DNA from: an uncultured bacterium
GTDB lineage: Bacteria > Fidelibacterota > Marinisomatia > Marinisomatales > Marinisomataceae
Reading direction: 5' to 3'
DNA: 64,000 nt
Assembly: GCA_943841495.1 (NCBI GenBank)
Contig: CALSYL010000004.1
Coordinates: 173,592-237,591, forward strand
A program made the translations under genes and the position numbers. The notes under the pieces were generated by a model. It ran no database searches, was not told the DNA's origin, and saw only the letters and a list, made by a program, of their open reading frames with translations. Positions within the stretch are counted from its first letter, which is position 1. Every line of letters starts with the position of its first letter. This document shows, piece by piece, positions 1-10,459 of this stretch.

Positions 1-557
1 GAAAAATATAGTTTTGTAGCTTCAGCAGTTAATGATAGTTTTAAATAATCTTCATAATACTTAGTAGATAAGTATTGCTGTTTTGATGCAATTCGACCTT
101 GTCTTAATTTTCCCCATAAATCAATCTCCCATTGCGTACTTAAAGATAAATTAAAATTTTCTTGAGTAAATACTGAAACCTCATCAGAAGATTGGCCAAA
201 AAGAGTTGAAAATATAGGTGGAAAGCCGGCAGTATTTTGTTCTGATTCTGATCCAGAGCTTCCAACAGAAATCGTAGGAAATAATGAGCCAGTAGCAATA
301 ACTGCACCCTGCTTTACTTTTCTTGTATTTAGCATAGCTTTTTCAAGATTTATGTTATTATCGAGAAATTCATCAAGAAATTTATTTAAAATTGGATCAT
401 TAAATTCATACCACCAGTTTTCTTGCTGAATGCTATTGGAAATATTTAACTCCCAACTAGTAGGAGTTGGGATGTTAATGACATCATCAGGTGAAATCGC
501 TTTTTTAGAAGCACAGCCATTTAAAATAATTGCAATTAGTAAAAAATATTTCTTCAT
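1..557 (-). CDS. RND-efflux outer-membrane factor lipoprotein (NodT/OprM family), N-terminal part. The gene runs off the window.
   Basis: Hand translation of the minus strand from the ATG at 557-555 gives MKKYFLLIAIILNGCASKK (lipobox LNGC) followed by ENWWYEFNDPILNKFLDEFLDNNINLEKA, a typical NodT N-terminus. It is absent from the ORF track because there is no stop in the window. Confidence 0.7.
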   Translation of the reverse strand, partial: MKKYFLLIAIILNGCASKKAISPDDVINIPTPTSWELNISNSIQQENWWYEFNDPILNKFLDEFLDNNINLEKAMLNTRKVKQGAVIATGSLFPTISVGSSGSESEQNTAGFPPIFSTLFGQSSDEVSVFTQENFNLSLSTQWEIDLWGKLRQGRIASKQQYLSTKYYEDYLKLSLTAEATKLYF

Positions 558-558
558 T

Positions 559-1098
559 TTATTTACTCATTAAATATTCTGATATTTTAAAAAGTGATAA
601 TAAGCTAACTGCCCATGCAAAGCTAATTGTACCATATGCAAAATAACTGTTTGTTACTTGAGCAGCACCAATTCCTTCACCAGCTAGATATGCTAATGGG
701 GCTAACAATCCGTAGAAACCAATCAAATAGTATCTGCCAATTAAGAATTGCATTGCATGATTAATTTGAGCTGTAAACCCAGCCCACATACAAATAATCC
801 ATAATGGAGCTAGGTTGGGAGCAAACTCCAATGTTCCATTGTACTGAACTATATTTAGCAATGAAAATCCGGAATCCACTACAATTCCGAAAATAATTGA
901 AATAAATATTAATTGTATCTCCTCTTTTAAGTGATCTGTAACAATTAAAAAATGTAAGAACAGGAAAATGAAAGTTGGTATTAGAGCAATTATTGGATCA
1001 CCTTTTGCACCGCTATAGACGCAAGAAAACCACACAATGGTAAATCCTACATAATTAATCATTATATTTGACTTTGAAAGAATATAGTTAATCATCAA
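559..1098 (-). CDS. Polytopic membrane protein, DUF2878-like
   Basis: 179 aa, about 5 hydrophobic helices. ATGATGA overlap with the upstream gene's stop. Its stop lies 2 nt from the NodT start. The family call is from memory of DUF2878 N-termini and needs an HMM check. Confidence 0.4.
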   Translation of the reverse strand: MMINYILSKSNIMINYVGFTIVWFSCVYSGAKGDPIIALIPTFIFLFLHFLIVTDHLKEEIQLIFISIIFGIVVDSGFSLLNIVQYNGTLEFAPNLAPLWIICMWAGFTAQINHAMQFLIGRYYLIGFYGLLAPLAYLAGEGIGAAQVTNSYFAYGTISFAWAVSLLSLFKISEYLMSK

Positions 1099-1628
1099 TT
1101 AAATTTATCTTCAATAATTTGAAATCTAAAGTCAAAGATTTGATTTAATTGTGGTTTAATGATTAAGGGATGAACAATTTTTCTAAAAGCTTGAATTGGA
1201 AGTGCATAGGTAATCTCATCAATAATTAATACTCCTCCATCAACTTCTTTAAAAGTATGCTTGTGGTGCCAATAACTATAAGGACCCTTCAACTGTTCAT
1301 CAACAAAGTATTCATTTTTTTTGTAACTGGTAATCATTGTTCTCCAGCGAACTGGAACTCCTAAAATTTTTACAGTATAGTCAATTATAGCACCATCTTT
1401 CATTTCAACAGGTTTTGGAGTAATAATATTAAAACCCATTGCAGCAGGAGTAATTTTTTCTAAGTTTTCAGGCCTTGAAAAAAATTCAAAGACAGTTTCC
1501 ATATCACTTGGAACAAATTGTTCTTTTGAAAAAGAATAAATTTTAGGCTGTCTTAAAAATGAACCTAAAAAAGTAATTAATAGAATTACAATTATAAGTA
1601 GAACAATATTTTTTTTATTGAATTTCAT
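1095..1628 (-). CDS. SRPBCC-superfamily protein (COG4276-like) with an N-terminal membrane anchor
   Basis: Motifs FFSRPENLEKITP, VPVRWRTMIT and GPYSYWHHKHTF. I moved the start to the ATG at 1628 (MKFNKKNIV) because the track's start at 1667 runs into tRNA-Phe. Confidence 0.6.
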   Translation of the reverse strand: MKFNKKNIVLLIIVILLITFLGSFLRQPKIYSFSKEQFVPSDMETVFEFFSRPENLEKITPAAMGFNIITPKPVEMKDGAIIDYTVKILGVPVRWRTMITSYKKNEYFVDEQLKGPYSYWHHKHTFKEVDGGVLIIDEITYALPIQAFRKIVHPLIIKPQLNQIFDFRFQIIEDKFN

Positions 1629-1637
1629 AATAAGAAG

Positions 1638-1710
<73 letters not shown>

Positions 1711-1781
1711 AGCAAAAATGCGTGAAAAACTACACAATATTAGTTATTTAAAAAACACATAAATATTTATTAGCTTAAGAA

Positions 1782-2375
1782 ATGAAAAAAATCGTTATCG
1801 CTTCTTCTAATAAACATAAAGTATCTGAAATATCAATAAACATTCAACCATTTTTTGACACAGTTTTATCTTTTAGTGATTTTCCAGAAATAGGAGAAAT
1901 TATTGAGGACGGAACAACCATTGAAGAAAATTCGTTTATAAAATCAAGAGCTTCATTTAAATACACGGGTCTAGCTTCGGTTGCAGACGATACAATTTTA
2001 GAAGTAGATTATTTAAATGGAGACCCAGGATTATTTACAGCTAGATATGCAGGTGAGCATGCTACTTATAGACAGAATATGGATATGCTTCTTAAAAACT
2101 TAAATGGTGTCGAAAGAAAAATGCGAAAAGCTAGATTTAGAACAGTTATTTCATATGTAGATGGTATCAATGATTTTCATGTTGAGGGAGTATTGAAAGG
2201 TGAAATTTTAACAAATAAAATTGGAAAAAACGGTTTTGGATATGATCCAATTTTCTATGTCGAAAAATTTGATAAATCTTTAGCACAAATTGATTTATCC
2301 ATAAAAAATGAAATCAGCCATAGAGGATTGGCTATAAAAAAATTTGTCTCAAAGATTAGTGAGTTAAATAAATGA
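1782..2375 (+). CDS. rdgB: Non-canonical purine NTP pyrophosphatase (RdgB/HAM1)
   Basis: SSNKHK, ADDT..EVDYLNGDPGLFTARYAG, FGYDPIF and SHRG motifs. Confidence 0.9.
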   Translation: MKKIVIASSNKHKVSEISINIQPFFDTVLSFSDFPEIGEIIEDGTTIEENSFIKSRASFKYTGLASVADDTILEVDYLNGDPGLFTARYAGEHATYRQNMDMLLKNLNGVERKMRKARFRTVISYVDGINDFHVEGVLKGEILTNKIGKNGFGYDPIFYVEKFDKSLAQIDLSIKNEISHRGLAIKKFVSKISELNK

Positions 2376-5300
2376 AGAAAATCATTATCTTAATTTTAAG
2401 CTTGAGCATCTCAATGGGGAGTGGAGGTTTTAAAAATATCTCTTCAGACCCTTTTAAAAACAAGAAAAAAGTTAATTACTCTTTAAACGATATAATAAAT
2501 TACCCGATTGGAATTTTTTCATATGATAAAAAATATTTTGAATATAAAGTTTCTTTTGACAGGGACTTTAAATATATAACAATAACAGAAAATTTTTTAA
2601 AAAGTCGAGTTGGACTTTCTTATGTTTCATCTTTTGATAATTATATCAATACTCTTTACTCCTCAAATCAAAAGTTTAATTTATCTCAACCTTTTATACT
2701 ATCTGCTTCAGATACTACAATTAATAAGAAGTCTGATAGATTTATGCAAATTGCAGACATTGATCTTGGAGCATTAGGAAGAGCATCGTTAAGAGTCCAA
2801 GGGAATATTAACTTGTCAGGAAAGCTTGTAAACCAAGATCAAGAATTAGTTAGATCTTCTTATAAGGAGCAGGAAAAAACAAATTTTAAGTTTGATCAGA
2901 AGCAACAACTTAATGTTCAGGGTAAAATAGGTGAAAGGATTACAGTCTCCCTTGATCAAAATTCTGAAAGAGATTTTGATTGGGAAAATACAATTAGAGT
3001 TGATTATCAAGGGAATGAAGATGATATCTTACAAAAGCTTGAAATGGGAAATATCTCATTATCCTTGCCATCCACTGAATTCGTTACATTTTCAGGACAA
3101 AATAAAGGATTATTTGGAGTTAAAGCGCTTTCAAAGCTAGGTCCCGTAAACATTACTAGCATAGCTTCGCTTGAAAAAACAAAAAAGCAATCTCAAAAAT
3201 ATAAAGGGACTTCAGAATTAAAAATTAATCAAATTCAAGACTATGAATACAGAAAAAATCTTTATTTCTTCATTCATGAGTGGTTTCGAAATGGATCTAC
3301 AGAAACAGTAGATGGGAGTGGATTTACTCTAGCTATACCATCATATTACCCATTGATAAATGGATTACATCCAATAGGAAACGTCATTGTAAGAAACTTT
3401 GAACTATATAAAATTGATGCATCCAATAATCCCCAAGCAGATCCTGGAATTGCATATATAGATCCAACTAATACGGAAAGCTTTGCTGATAAAAGTAAAG
3501 AGGGGGCTTTTATCAAGCTTGAAAGAGGATCAGATTATAGCGTAAATGAAGATCTAGGGTTTATTAGGATGCAAAGCTCACTTCAAAATGAAATTATAGG
3601 AGCACATTATCAATTGGTTGATAGAGAGACTGGACAATTAATTATAGAAGTTGGCCAAGGAGTTTCAAGCGATAATTCAAATCTTATTCTAAAAATGATT
3701 AAAGCTCAATCTTCTCATCCTAATCACCCAGCTTGGGACTTAATGTTTAAAAATGTTTACTCAATGGGAGCAACTAATATTGACGAACAAAGCTTAGAAG
3801 TAGCAATTATAGATAATTTTTCTACACCCATTAGCGATAGAACAGATAGCGGAAGTACATTTTTAAATCTTTTTGGACTAGATGATTTTAATCAATCTGG
3901 AGCACAATCACCTGATGAGGTTATTGATTTTAATAATCCAAATATAGTTAATCTTATGTCAGGTGAAATTCACCTTCCTGCATTACTACCATTTGTTTCA
4001 GCAGAGACAATAGAAGGGGGAAATGAAAATAATATCCTATCATCTTTTCTTCAGCAAGGGAAAATGTATACTACATCAAATAGAACTGAATACACGGGCG
4101 ATGCAAGATTCACAATAAATGCAAACTATACAAACCCTAAGTCTACAATAAGCTTAGGATTTACATTGGTTGAAGGAAGTGAAGAAATTTTTTCTAATGG
4201 AGAAAAACTAGAAAGAGGTCAAGATTATCAGATTGATTATTTTTCAGGAATAATAATGCTTACTGGCAATATAGATCCTAATAGTGATTTAGAAATTACA
4301 TATGACAAACATGATCTTGTAACCTTTGATAGAAAAATAATGGTTGGTTCAAGAGCGCAGATTGATTTTAATGAAAATTCGTTCCTAGGACTTACTGCTC
4401 TTTACTATAATCAAGATATTGTTAATAAAAAAGTCGAAGTAGGTTATGAGCCTATTCAAAATTTCATTTGGGATATTAATGGTAGATATGAAAAAGAGTT
4501 AGATAATTTAACAGCAAAAATAAATCAATTAAATTTTTTTAATGCCGAAAAAATATCAAGTTTTTCTATAGAAGGAGAAATTGCCCAAGTACTACCAAAT
4601 CCAAATTCAATTTCTAATTCAAGGACCGGAGATAAAAATGGCGTAGCGTTTATAGATGATTTTGAAGGATCAAAAAGAGTAACTAATCCATCAATTCTTA
4701 GGAGATTCTGGAACATTTCCTCTGCACCAGTAGACTTAGAAAGCAGTGAGGAATATAGCCAAAGAAATAGATTAAAAATGTATTGGTATAATCCTTATTC
4801 ACAAGTTTTAACAAATAATATATGGCCCAATATATCTACATCTCAGAGAGCGCAGAATTTGACAACAGATGTATTAGTTTTAAACTATGAACCAAAAGAA
4901 TTTCAATCTTCAGTTGATCCAGATTCGTTATGGGCAGGAATTATTACTCCGATGTTTATAGGAGATTATGATCAAACAAGAAGTAGGTTTTTTGAAATAT
5001 GGTTAAGAGGAGATGAGGGTGATCTAACTATTGATTTAGGTAAAATTAGCGAGGATTATAATGGTGATGGATCATTAAATACTGAAGATGTTCCTGATGC
5101 AGGATTAGCACTCGGTAATGGTTTTCTTGAAGATGATGAGGACACTGGGCTTGATGGGTGTTTTGATGCCTATGAAGATGGTTTTGGAAATTGTTTAGAA
5201 GTTGAAGGGTTAACATATTTTGATTATTTATCATCTGGAGAAACACAATTAATCAATGCATCATCTGATGTAGATCAAAATGATCCAAATGGAGATAATT

Positions 5301-8300
5301 GGAACTACTCTGAAGGTAGTCAAAATTATGAGAAAGTAAATGGAACAGAAAGAAATGGTACTGGAGAAAGAATTCAAACTGGAGGTAAATATCCAGATAC
5401 CGAAGATTTAGATAAGTCAGGATTCCTTGATAGGACCAACGATTACTTTACAAAGACTATTTCATTAAATGATTCTACTTACGTAGCTGGTTCTACAGAG
5501 GTTGATGGAATAGAAACTGGATGGAAGTTGATAAGAGTTCCTCTGAGTCATTTTGATAAAGTGCAGGATATTTCACTTAGTGAAATTAAATATGTTAGGT
5601 TAGTTGTATCTGGTGTAAATCAGCCAACAAAATTAGAAATTGCAAAAATTGAATTAGTTGGGAATGCATGGCAAGAGCTTGGTACTTCGTTAGCAAGTCA
5701 AGATTCTTATACCGTTCAGGATAGTACATTTATTGTTTCAGTAATAAACGATGAGGATAACCCAAATTATATTCCACCAACAGGAGTTTTTGGAGAGTAT
5801 GACCAAATAAATCAAATAAGATCCAAAGAACAGTCATTAGTCCTTCAATTTGATGATTTAAGTCCACAGTATAAAGGTGCAGCAAAAAAAATATTAGCTA
5901 TGGATGAAAAAAAAGGTCAAAGTTTTTTAATGTATGATAGAATGAAAATGTTTATATACGGCAATAGTGAATTTGCTTCTGCTGAAGAAACTGACCTAAA
6001 ATTTTTCATTCAGTTTGGCAATGGAGATGAATACTATAAACTTTCAAAACCTATATATGATACATGGGATGAAGAATTTCAGAGAAATGCAATAAACCTC
6101 GATTTGAATTGGTTGACAAATTTAAAGAATCAAACTATAGAATCTATAGAATTGTTAAATGTAAATGATGTATTCACAGATTCTTTAGATTATAAAGAGT
6201 ATAGTTTTATTGATGATACTGATATGACTTATAAAAATATTGAAATTGTAGGTAATCCATCTCTATCCAGACTACAATATTTTATTGTTGGAATAGAAAA
6301 TGATTCTGACCATCCAATAAGTGGCGAAGTATGGTTGGATGAATTAAGGTTGAGCGGTGTTAAAAAAGAGTCAGGAACAGCCGTTAGGTTGAAATCAAAA
6401 TTTAATTTATCTGACTTGAGTCAAAGTACAATCTCTTACAGCAGAAAGGATGCAGATTTTCATGTGCTTCAAGAAAGAATAGGAACAAATCAAACTGTTG
6501 AAAACTTTACTTTTAATAATAATCTTCAGTTAGGTAATTTATTTCCAAGTCAGTTTGGAATAACATTTCCTGTCAATATGAGCTATAATATGATTAACAA
6601 TTCTCCTAAATTTTTTCCAGGCACAGATATTCGAACAGGTGGTTCTGCACCAGATTCAGTAATTGTTAAATCATCTACAGTTAATCTAAGTGGAAAAATT
6701 TCAAAGAAAGTAAAATCAGAGAATCCTTTTATAAAATATTCAATTGATAATCTTAGTGCAGGATTTAATCTGTCCACACAAAATAAATCTGACGTTATTA
6801 TGGAGTCGGTTGATATAAGTAAAATAAATACAAATGTTGATTATAATTTACGCTTCCCAAGCGATAATTATATTGAAGCATTTAAGTGGGCTGATAAAGT
6901 TCCTTTAATTGGAGAAAAATTAAGTGAAACAAGATTCTTTTACACGCCATCAACATTTTCAACAGGAATTAAAGTAAACAGAAACCTTACAGAGAAAGTA
7001 TCTAGAAGAAATAGCGATACGATTGAAGATTTCAGTTTAGGCTTAGAAAGAAGATTTACAGTGAACTATAAAATTTTTGATAATTCGCAATTAGTATATA
7101 ATAAAAATATTCGTAGCGATATGTCAGATTATAGAGACGAAGTATTAAGCGAGCTAAAGATTGGGTCTCTAACAAATTCAACAGAAAATTTTACATACAC
7201 ATTTAATCCTCAATGGATAGAATGGTTTAGACCCAACTTTTCATACAATACAAACTATTCATGGAATAAGCCTTTAAATAGTGTAATTGATGGAGCAAAT
7301 TTAAATTTAGTAAGAAATACTGGGGTCAATTTTTCAATATCTCCTACTGAAATTATTGAAGCTTTTTATACACCAGTCTCTAAAAGAGAAAGTAGTAAAT
7401 TACCTCCTAGAACTAGATCAAGAGCACTAGGAAATTCAGATCCAAAACCAGACAATAAAGAAAAAAAAGATAGCAATAAGAGAAATAAATCTTTAGAAAA
7501 TAATTTTGTTCTTGAAAGAATATATAATGAGTCTAAAAAAATTGAGCCACTGACTTTTTCAATAACCAATTTAACCAATAGAGTGTCTAATGGTATAGAT
7601 GGAGATATTCCATTAGCCTATCGTCTTGGTTTCAAAGAAAACTTAGGTATAGCATCTGTATCCGAGGTTGGTCTAAACACAGGAAATGAAGATATTAAAA
7701 AATCATTTTCTGCAAGAACTGGAATAAGATTTAATCCGCAAACGTCTTTAATGATTTCATTCAATGAAAGTATTTCTTCAAATATAAATGGCTATAATAT
7801 TGACATAAGATCAACCAATAGAGATTATATAGCATATGGAGACTATCTTTCAGAAGGATTTCCATTTTCTAACTGGTCATTGAGGGTAGGTGGTATCGAA
7901 AAAATTAACTTCATAAAGCCATATGTAAGTTCAATGTCTATTGAACATGCATTTTCAGGGAAGCAAAACTTATCATGGAAGTTTAACGAAGAAGGTATTT
8001 CTCCTATTAATTTGTTAAATATTTCAGCGTTTGAAAATGATTTTAATGAAAACCTTCAATTTTCTAGAATTACTAGGTCATTCAATCCGTTATTGGGTAT
8101 AAGCACAACATTTAAAAATGGTATTTCAACTAATATAAGAAGTAATATAACCCATACGTTGGATGAAGTTGCATATGGGCTAACTTACATTTCTGACAAT
8201 AGCATCCTCAGTACAATAACCTATAATTTTTCAAAAGGAATACGTTTTTCACTTCCGTTCTCAGAAAGAAATATTTATTTACGCAATAATATGAATATCA

Positions 8301-8536
8301 CTTTAAATCTAGATTATTCACAAAAGAAAGAGGAAGGATCAAAAGATAAAATTAACTTTGTCGAACAAAATTTTACAAATACGCGAAAAGGAGTATTAAG
8401 AATTACCTACACCTTAACAGATGATATCACTGGAAGCTTTTTCTATGAATATAGAGAGAATGACACGAGGTTAACTGGAAGAAGAATTGATCGCGACTTT
8501 GGTCTCAATCTAAATGTAGCAATTAGAGGGCAATGA
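2372..8536 (+). CDS. sprA: Type IX secretion system translocon / gliding-motility protein SprA (Sov)
   Basis: 2054 aa with a signal peptide and giant beta-barrel-type composition. The size and recurring motifs match the SprA family (TIGR04189) from memory. ATGA overlap with rdgB. Confidence 0.85.
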   Translation: MKKIIILILSLSISMGSGGFKNISSDPFKNKKKVNYSLNDIINYPIGIFSYDKKYFEYKVSFDRDFKYITITENFLKSRVGLSYVSSFDNYINTLYSSNQKFNLSQPFILSASDTTINKKSDRFMQIADIDLGALGRASLRVQGNINLSGKLVNQDQELVRSSYKEQEKTNFKFDQKQQLNVQGKIGERITVSLDQNSERDFDWENTIRVDYQGNEDDILQKLEMGNISLSLPSTEFVTFSGQNKGLFGVKALSKLGPVNITSIASLEKTKKQSQKYKGTSELKINQIQDYEYRKNLYFFIHEWFRNGSTETVDGSGFTLAIPSYYPLINGLHPIGNVIVRNFELYKIDASNNPQADPGIAYIDPTNTESFADKSKEGAFIKLERGSDYSVNEDLGFIRMQSSLQNEIIGAHYQLVDRETGQLIIEVGQGVSSDNSNLILKMIKAQSSHPNHPAWDLMFKNVYSMGATNIDEQSLEVAIIDNFSTPISDRTDSGSTFLNLFGLDDFNQSGAQSPDEVIDFNNPNIVNLMSGEIHLPALLPFVSAETIEGGNENNILSSFLQQGKMYTTSNRTEYTGDARFTINANYTNPKSTISLGFTLVEGSEEIFSNGEKLERGQDYQIDYFSGIIMLTGNIDPNSDLEITYDKHDLVTFDRKIMVGSRAQIDFNENSFLGLTALYYNQDIVNKKVEVGYEPIQNFIWDINGRYEKELDNLTAKINQLNFFNAEKISSFSIEGEIAQVLPNPNSISNSRTGDKNGVAFIDDFEGSKRVTNPSILRRFWNISSAPVDLESSEEYSQRNRLKMYWYNPYSQVLTNNIWPNISTSQRAQNLTTDVLVLNYEPKEFQSSVDPDSLWAGIITPMFIGDYDQTRSRFFEIWLRGDEGDLTIDLGKISEDYNGDGSLNTEDVPDAGLALGNGFLEDDEDTGLDGCFDAYEDGFGNCLEVEGLTYFDYLSSGETQLINASSDVDQNDPNGDNWNYSEGSQNYEKVNGTERNGTGERIQTGGKYPDTEDLDKSGFLDRTNDYFTKTISLNDSTYVAGSTEVDGIETGWKLIRVPLSHFDKVQDISLSEIKYVRLVVSGVNQPTKLEIAKIELVGNAWQELGTSLASQDSYTVQDSTFIVSVINDEDNPNYIPPTGVFGEYDQINQIRSKEQSLVLQFDDLSPQYKGAAKKILAMDEKKGQSFLMYDRMKMFIYGNSEFASAEETDLKFFIQFGNGDEYYKLSKPIYDTWDEEFQRNAINLDLNWLTNLKNQTIESIELLNVNDVFTDSLDYKEYSFIDDTDMTYKNIEIVGNPSLSRLQYFIVGIENDSDHPISGEVWLDELRLSGVKKESGTAVRLKSKFNLSDLSQSTISYSRKDADFHVLQERIGTNQTVENFTFNNNLQLGNLFPSQFGITFPVNMSYNMINNSPKFFPGTDIRTGGSAPDSVIVKSSTVNLSGKISKKVKSENPFIKYSIDNLSAGFNLSTQNKSDVIMESVDISKINTNVDYNLRFPSDNYIEAFKWADKVPLIGEKLSETRFFYTPSTFSTGIKVNRNLTEKVSRRNSDTIEDFSLGLERRFTVNYKIFDNSQLVYNKNIRSDMSDYRDEVLSELKIGSLTNSTENFTYTFNPQWIEWFRPNFSYNTNYSWNKPLNSVIDGANLNLVRNTGVNFSISPTEIIEAFYTPVSKRESSKLPPRTRSRALGNSDPKPDNKEKKDSNKRNKSLENNFVLERIYNESKKIEPLTFSITNLTNRVSNGIDGDIPLAYRLGFKENLGIASVSEVGLNTGNEDIKKSFSARTGIRFNPQTSLMISFNESISSNINGYNIDIRSTNRDYIAYGDYLSEGFPFSNWSLRVGGIEKINFIKPYVSSMSIEHAFSGKQNLSWKFNEEGISPINLLNISAFENDFNENLQFSRITRSFNPLLGISTTFKNGISTNIRSNITHTLDEVAYGLTYISDNSILSTITYNFSKGIRFSLPFSERNIYLRNNMNITLNLDYSQKKEEGSKDKINFVEQNFTNTRKGVLRITYTLTDDITGSFFYEYRENDTRLTGRRIDRDFGLNLNVAIRGQ

Positions 8537-9453
8537 TAAAGTTTATTCTAATATTATTAATTATTGGAGGATGCTCTCAAAATAATCAAAAAATTGATAT
8601 TCCTTCTTTTGATGAAGAGCAAGCATTTCAACATTTGTTAGATCAATGTAGCTATGGCCCCAGAAATCCTGGGTCAGAAGGACACAGTAATTTTTCAATT
8701 TATCTAGAAAAGTATCTTAAAAATTTATCTTCAGATATAATAATACAGGAGTTTAATTATCTAGAACATGTAACAAATATTGAAAGAGATGGAAAAAATT
8801 TTATTATTCAATTCAACAAAGAAGCAAATGAAAGAATATTAATTGGAGCACATTGGGACACCAGAGCTTTATCTGATGAGGATCTAAATGAGAATAACAG
8901 AAGTATGCCTGTTCTAGGTGCAAATGATGGCGCAAGCGGTACAGCTGTCTTAATGGAGTTAGCTACAATATTTTCAATTACAAGTCCACCAATTGGAGTA
9001 GATATAGTTTTTTTTGATGCAGAAGATGTAGGGATATCAGGTCAGCCTACAACATATGCAATGGGATCAGAATATTTTTCAAAAAATTTGCCAATTAGTA
9101 AGCCTAATTCTGGAATAATAGTAGATATGGTTGGCGATAAATATCTTAAAATACCCATTGAAAGATTTTCTTATCAGATTGATAGTGATACAGTAAAAGA
9201 GCTCTGGAATCTAGCAAACGATCTTTCTTTGAGTGCTTTTGAATACACTATTGGCTATGAAATTTATGATGATCATATACCTCTTTGGGAAAATGCTAAA
9301 ATTCCTACAATTGATATTATAGATTTTGATTATCCAAACTTATTTTATAACCATTGGCATACTCAAAACGATATCCCTGAAAATTGTTCGCCACAAAGCT
9401 TGGCACAAGTGGGAACTTTATTAGTAAATTATATCTATGGAAAAACTAATTAA
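8533..9453 (+). CDS. M28-fold lipoprotein resembling Bacteroidetes-type glutaminyl-peptide cyclotransferase
   Basis: Lipobox LIIGGC. AHWDTR, GANDGASGTAVLMELA, DIVFFDAED, DMVG, DDHIP and HWHTQND are collinear with P. gingivalis QC as I recall it. ATGA overlap with the sprA stop. Confidence 0.7.
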   Translation: MIKFILILLIIGGCSQNNQKIDIPSFDEEQAFQHLLDQCSYGPRNPGSEGHSNFSIYLEKYLKNLSSDIIIQEFNYLEHVTNIERDGKNFIIQFNKEANERILIGAHWDTRALSDEDLNENNRSMPVLGANDGASGTAVLMELATIFSITSPPIGVDIVFFDAEDVGISGQPTTYAMGSEYFSKNLPISKPNSGIIVDMVGDKYLKIPIERFSYQIDSDTVKELWNLANDLSLSAFEYTIGYEIYDDHIPLWENAKIPTIDIIDFDYPNLFYNHWHTQNDIPENCSPQSLAQVGTLLVNYIYGKTN

Positions 9454-10459
9454 AAAACTTTTAATCGTATTTTTTATTATTTCTTGTTCTGGCGGCGGGG
9501 GGTCTGCACCTACTGACAGTGATGGTAGTGGTAACGGAGATACAACTAACCCATATGAACTGCCAAATGCAATAAATTACAATATCGCCAATCAAGTTGA
9601 GGTGGTAACTTGGAATATTAGACAATTTCCTCAACATTCTACTTCTGTTGACTATGTTAAAAATCTCCTAGAAAAATGGAATGCTGATATATATTTTTTT
9701 CAAGAGATAAATTCAGAATCAAGCCTTATTGCTATGGTTAATTCTATGCCAAACTATTCTTATGTAGTCGATGAAGAATCTGGAAATCTTGGATTCGCAT
9801 TGGTATATAAAAACGAACATATCACTTATAATTCTAAAAATGAACTTTGGGCAGATACCCCTAATAACGATGATGGTGACAGTGATTATGAAAATAATGC
9901 ATCATATCAATTTGCAGATAGACCTCCCATGGAAAATTATTTAACCTGGACAGATGGTACAAAATCAATAGATTTATATGTTATAGGAGTCCATTATAAA
10001 TGCTGTGGTGACGACACATATGATGTTAATGATACTTCAGATGAAACAACAAGAAGACACCATGCTAGCTTATTGTTGACTGATTATATTGTTAATAATC
10101 GTGCAAATGATAATGTCATAGTTTTAGGAGATTTTAATAATACAGGTTCACAATCGGTTACGAATCCAACGCTAAGTCCTTTTGCCGATCAAAACAATTA
10201 CGATACAGCCTCCTCATTCAAAATGACTGATTTAAGCATACTACAAGGACCAGCTACTGGTTATTCTTGGCAAGGGTGGACAAGCTCTTATGATGCTGCA
10301 CACTTTGACCATATAATAATTAATCAATCTATGTTCACTGTTGATGCAACTTCTGCTACAAGCGTGATTGCTTTGCCCACAGAAACAGGTCTATCAAATT
10401 CTAATGTATCAAATAGAATATCAGATCATCAGCCTGTGATATATAGATTTTATCCTTGA
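9437..10459 (+). CDS. Endonuclease/exonuclease/phosphatase (EEP) family lipoprotein
   Basis: Lipobox FIISC followed by a GGGGS linker. VVTWNIRQF, FFQEI, GDFN and SDHQPV motifs. 17-nt overlap with the upstream gene. Confidence 0.6.
   Translation: MEKLIKKLLIVFFIISCSGGGGSAPTDSDGSGNGDTTNPYELPNAINYNIANQVEVVTWNIRQFPQHSTSVDYVKNLLEKWNADIYFFQEINSESSLIAMVNSMPNYSYVVDEESGNLGFALVYKNEHITYNSKNELWADTPNNDDGDSDYENNASYQFADRPPMENYLTWTDGTKSIDLYVIGVHYKCCGDDTYDVNDTSDETTRRHHASLLLTDYIVNNRANDNVIVLGDFNNTGSQSVTNPTLSPFADQNNYDTASSFKMTDLSILQGPATGYSWQGWTSSYDAAHFDHIIINQSMFTVDATSATSVIALPTETGLSNSNVSNRISDHQPVIYRFYP

Noticed and set aside
2931-7578. Short ORFs inside or antisense to sprA (2931..3140, 4525..4716, 5046..5246 His/Gln-rich, 6583..6777, 7366..7578).
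   Set aside because: All lie wholly within the long, well-supported sprA frame. Their low-complexity composition is typical of shadow frames in AT-rich DNA, and none has a start context or independent support.
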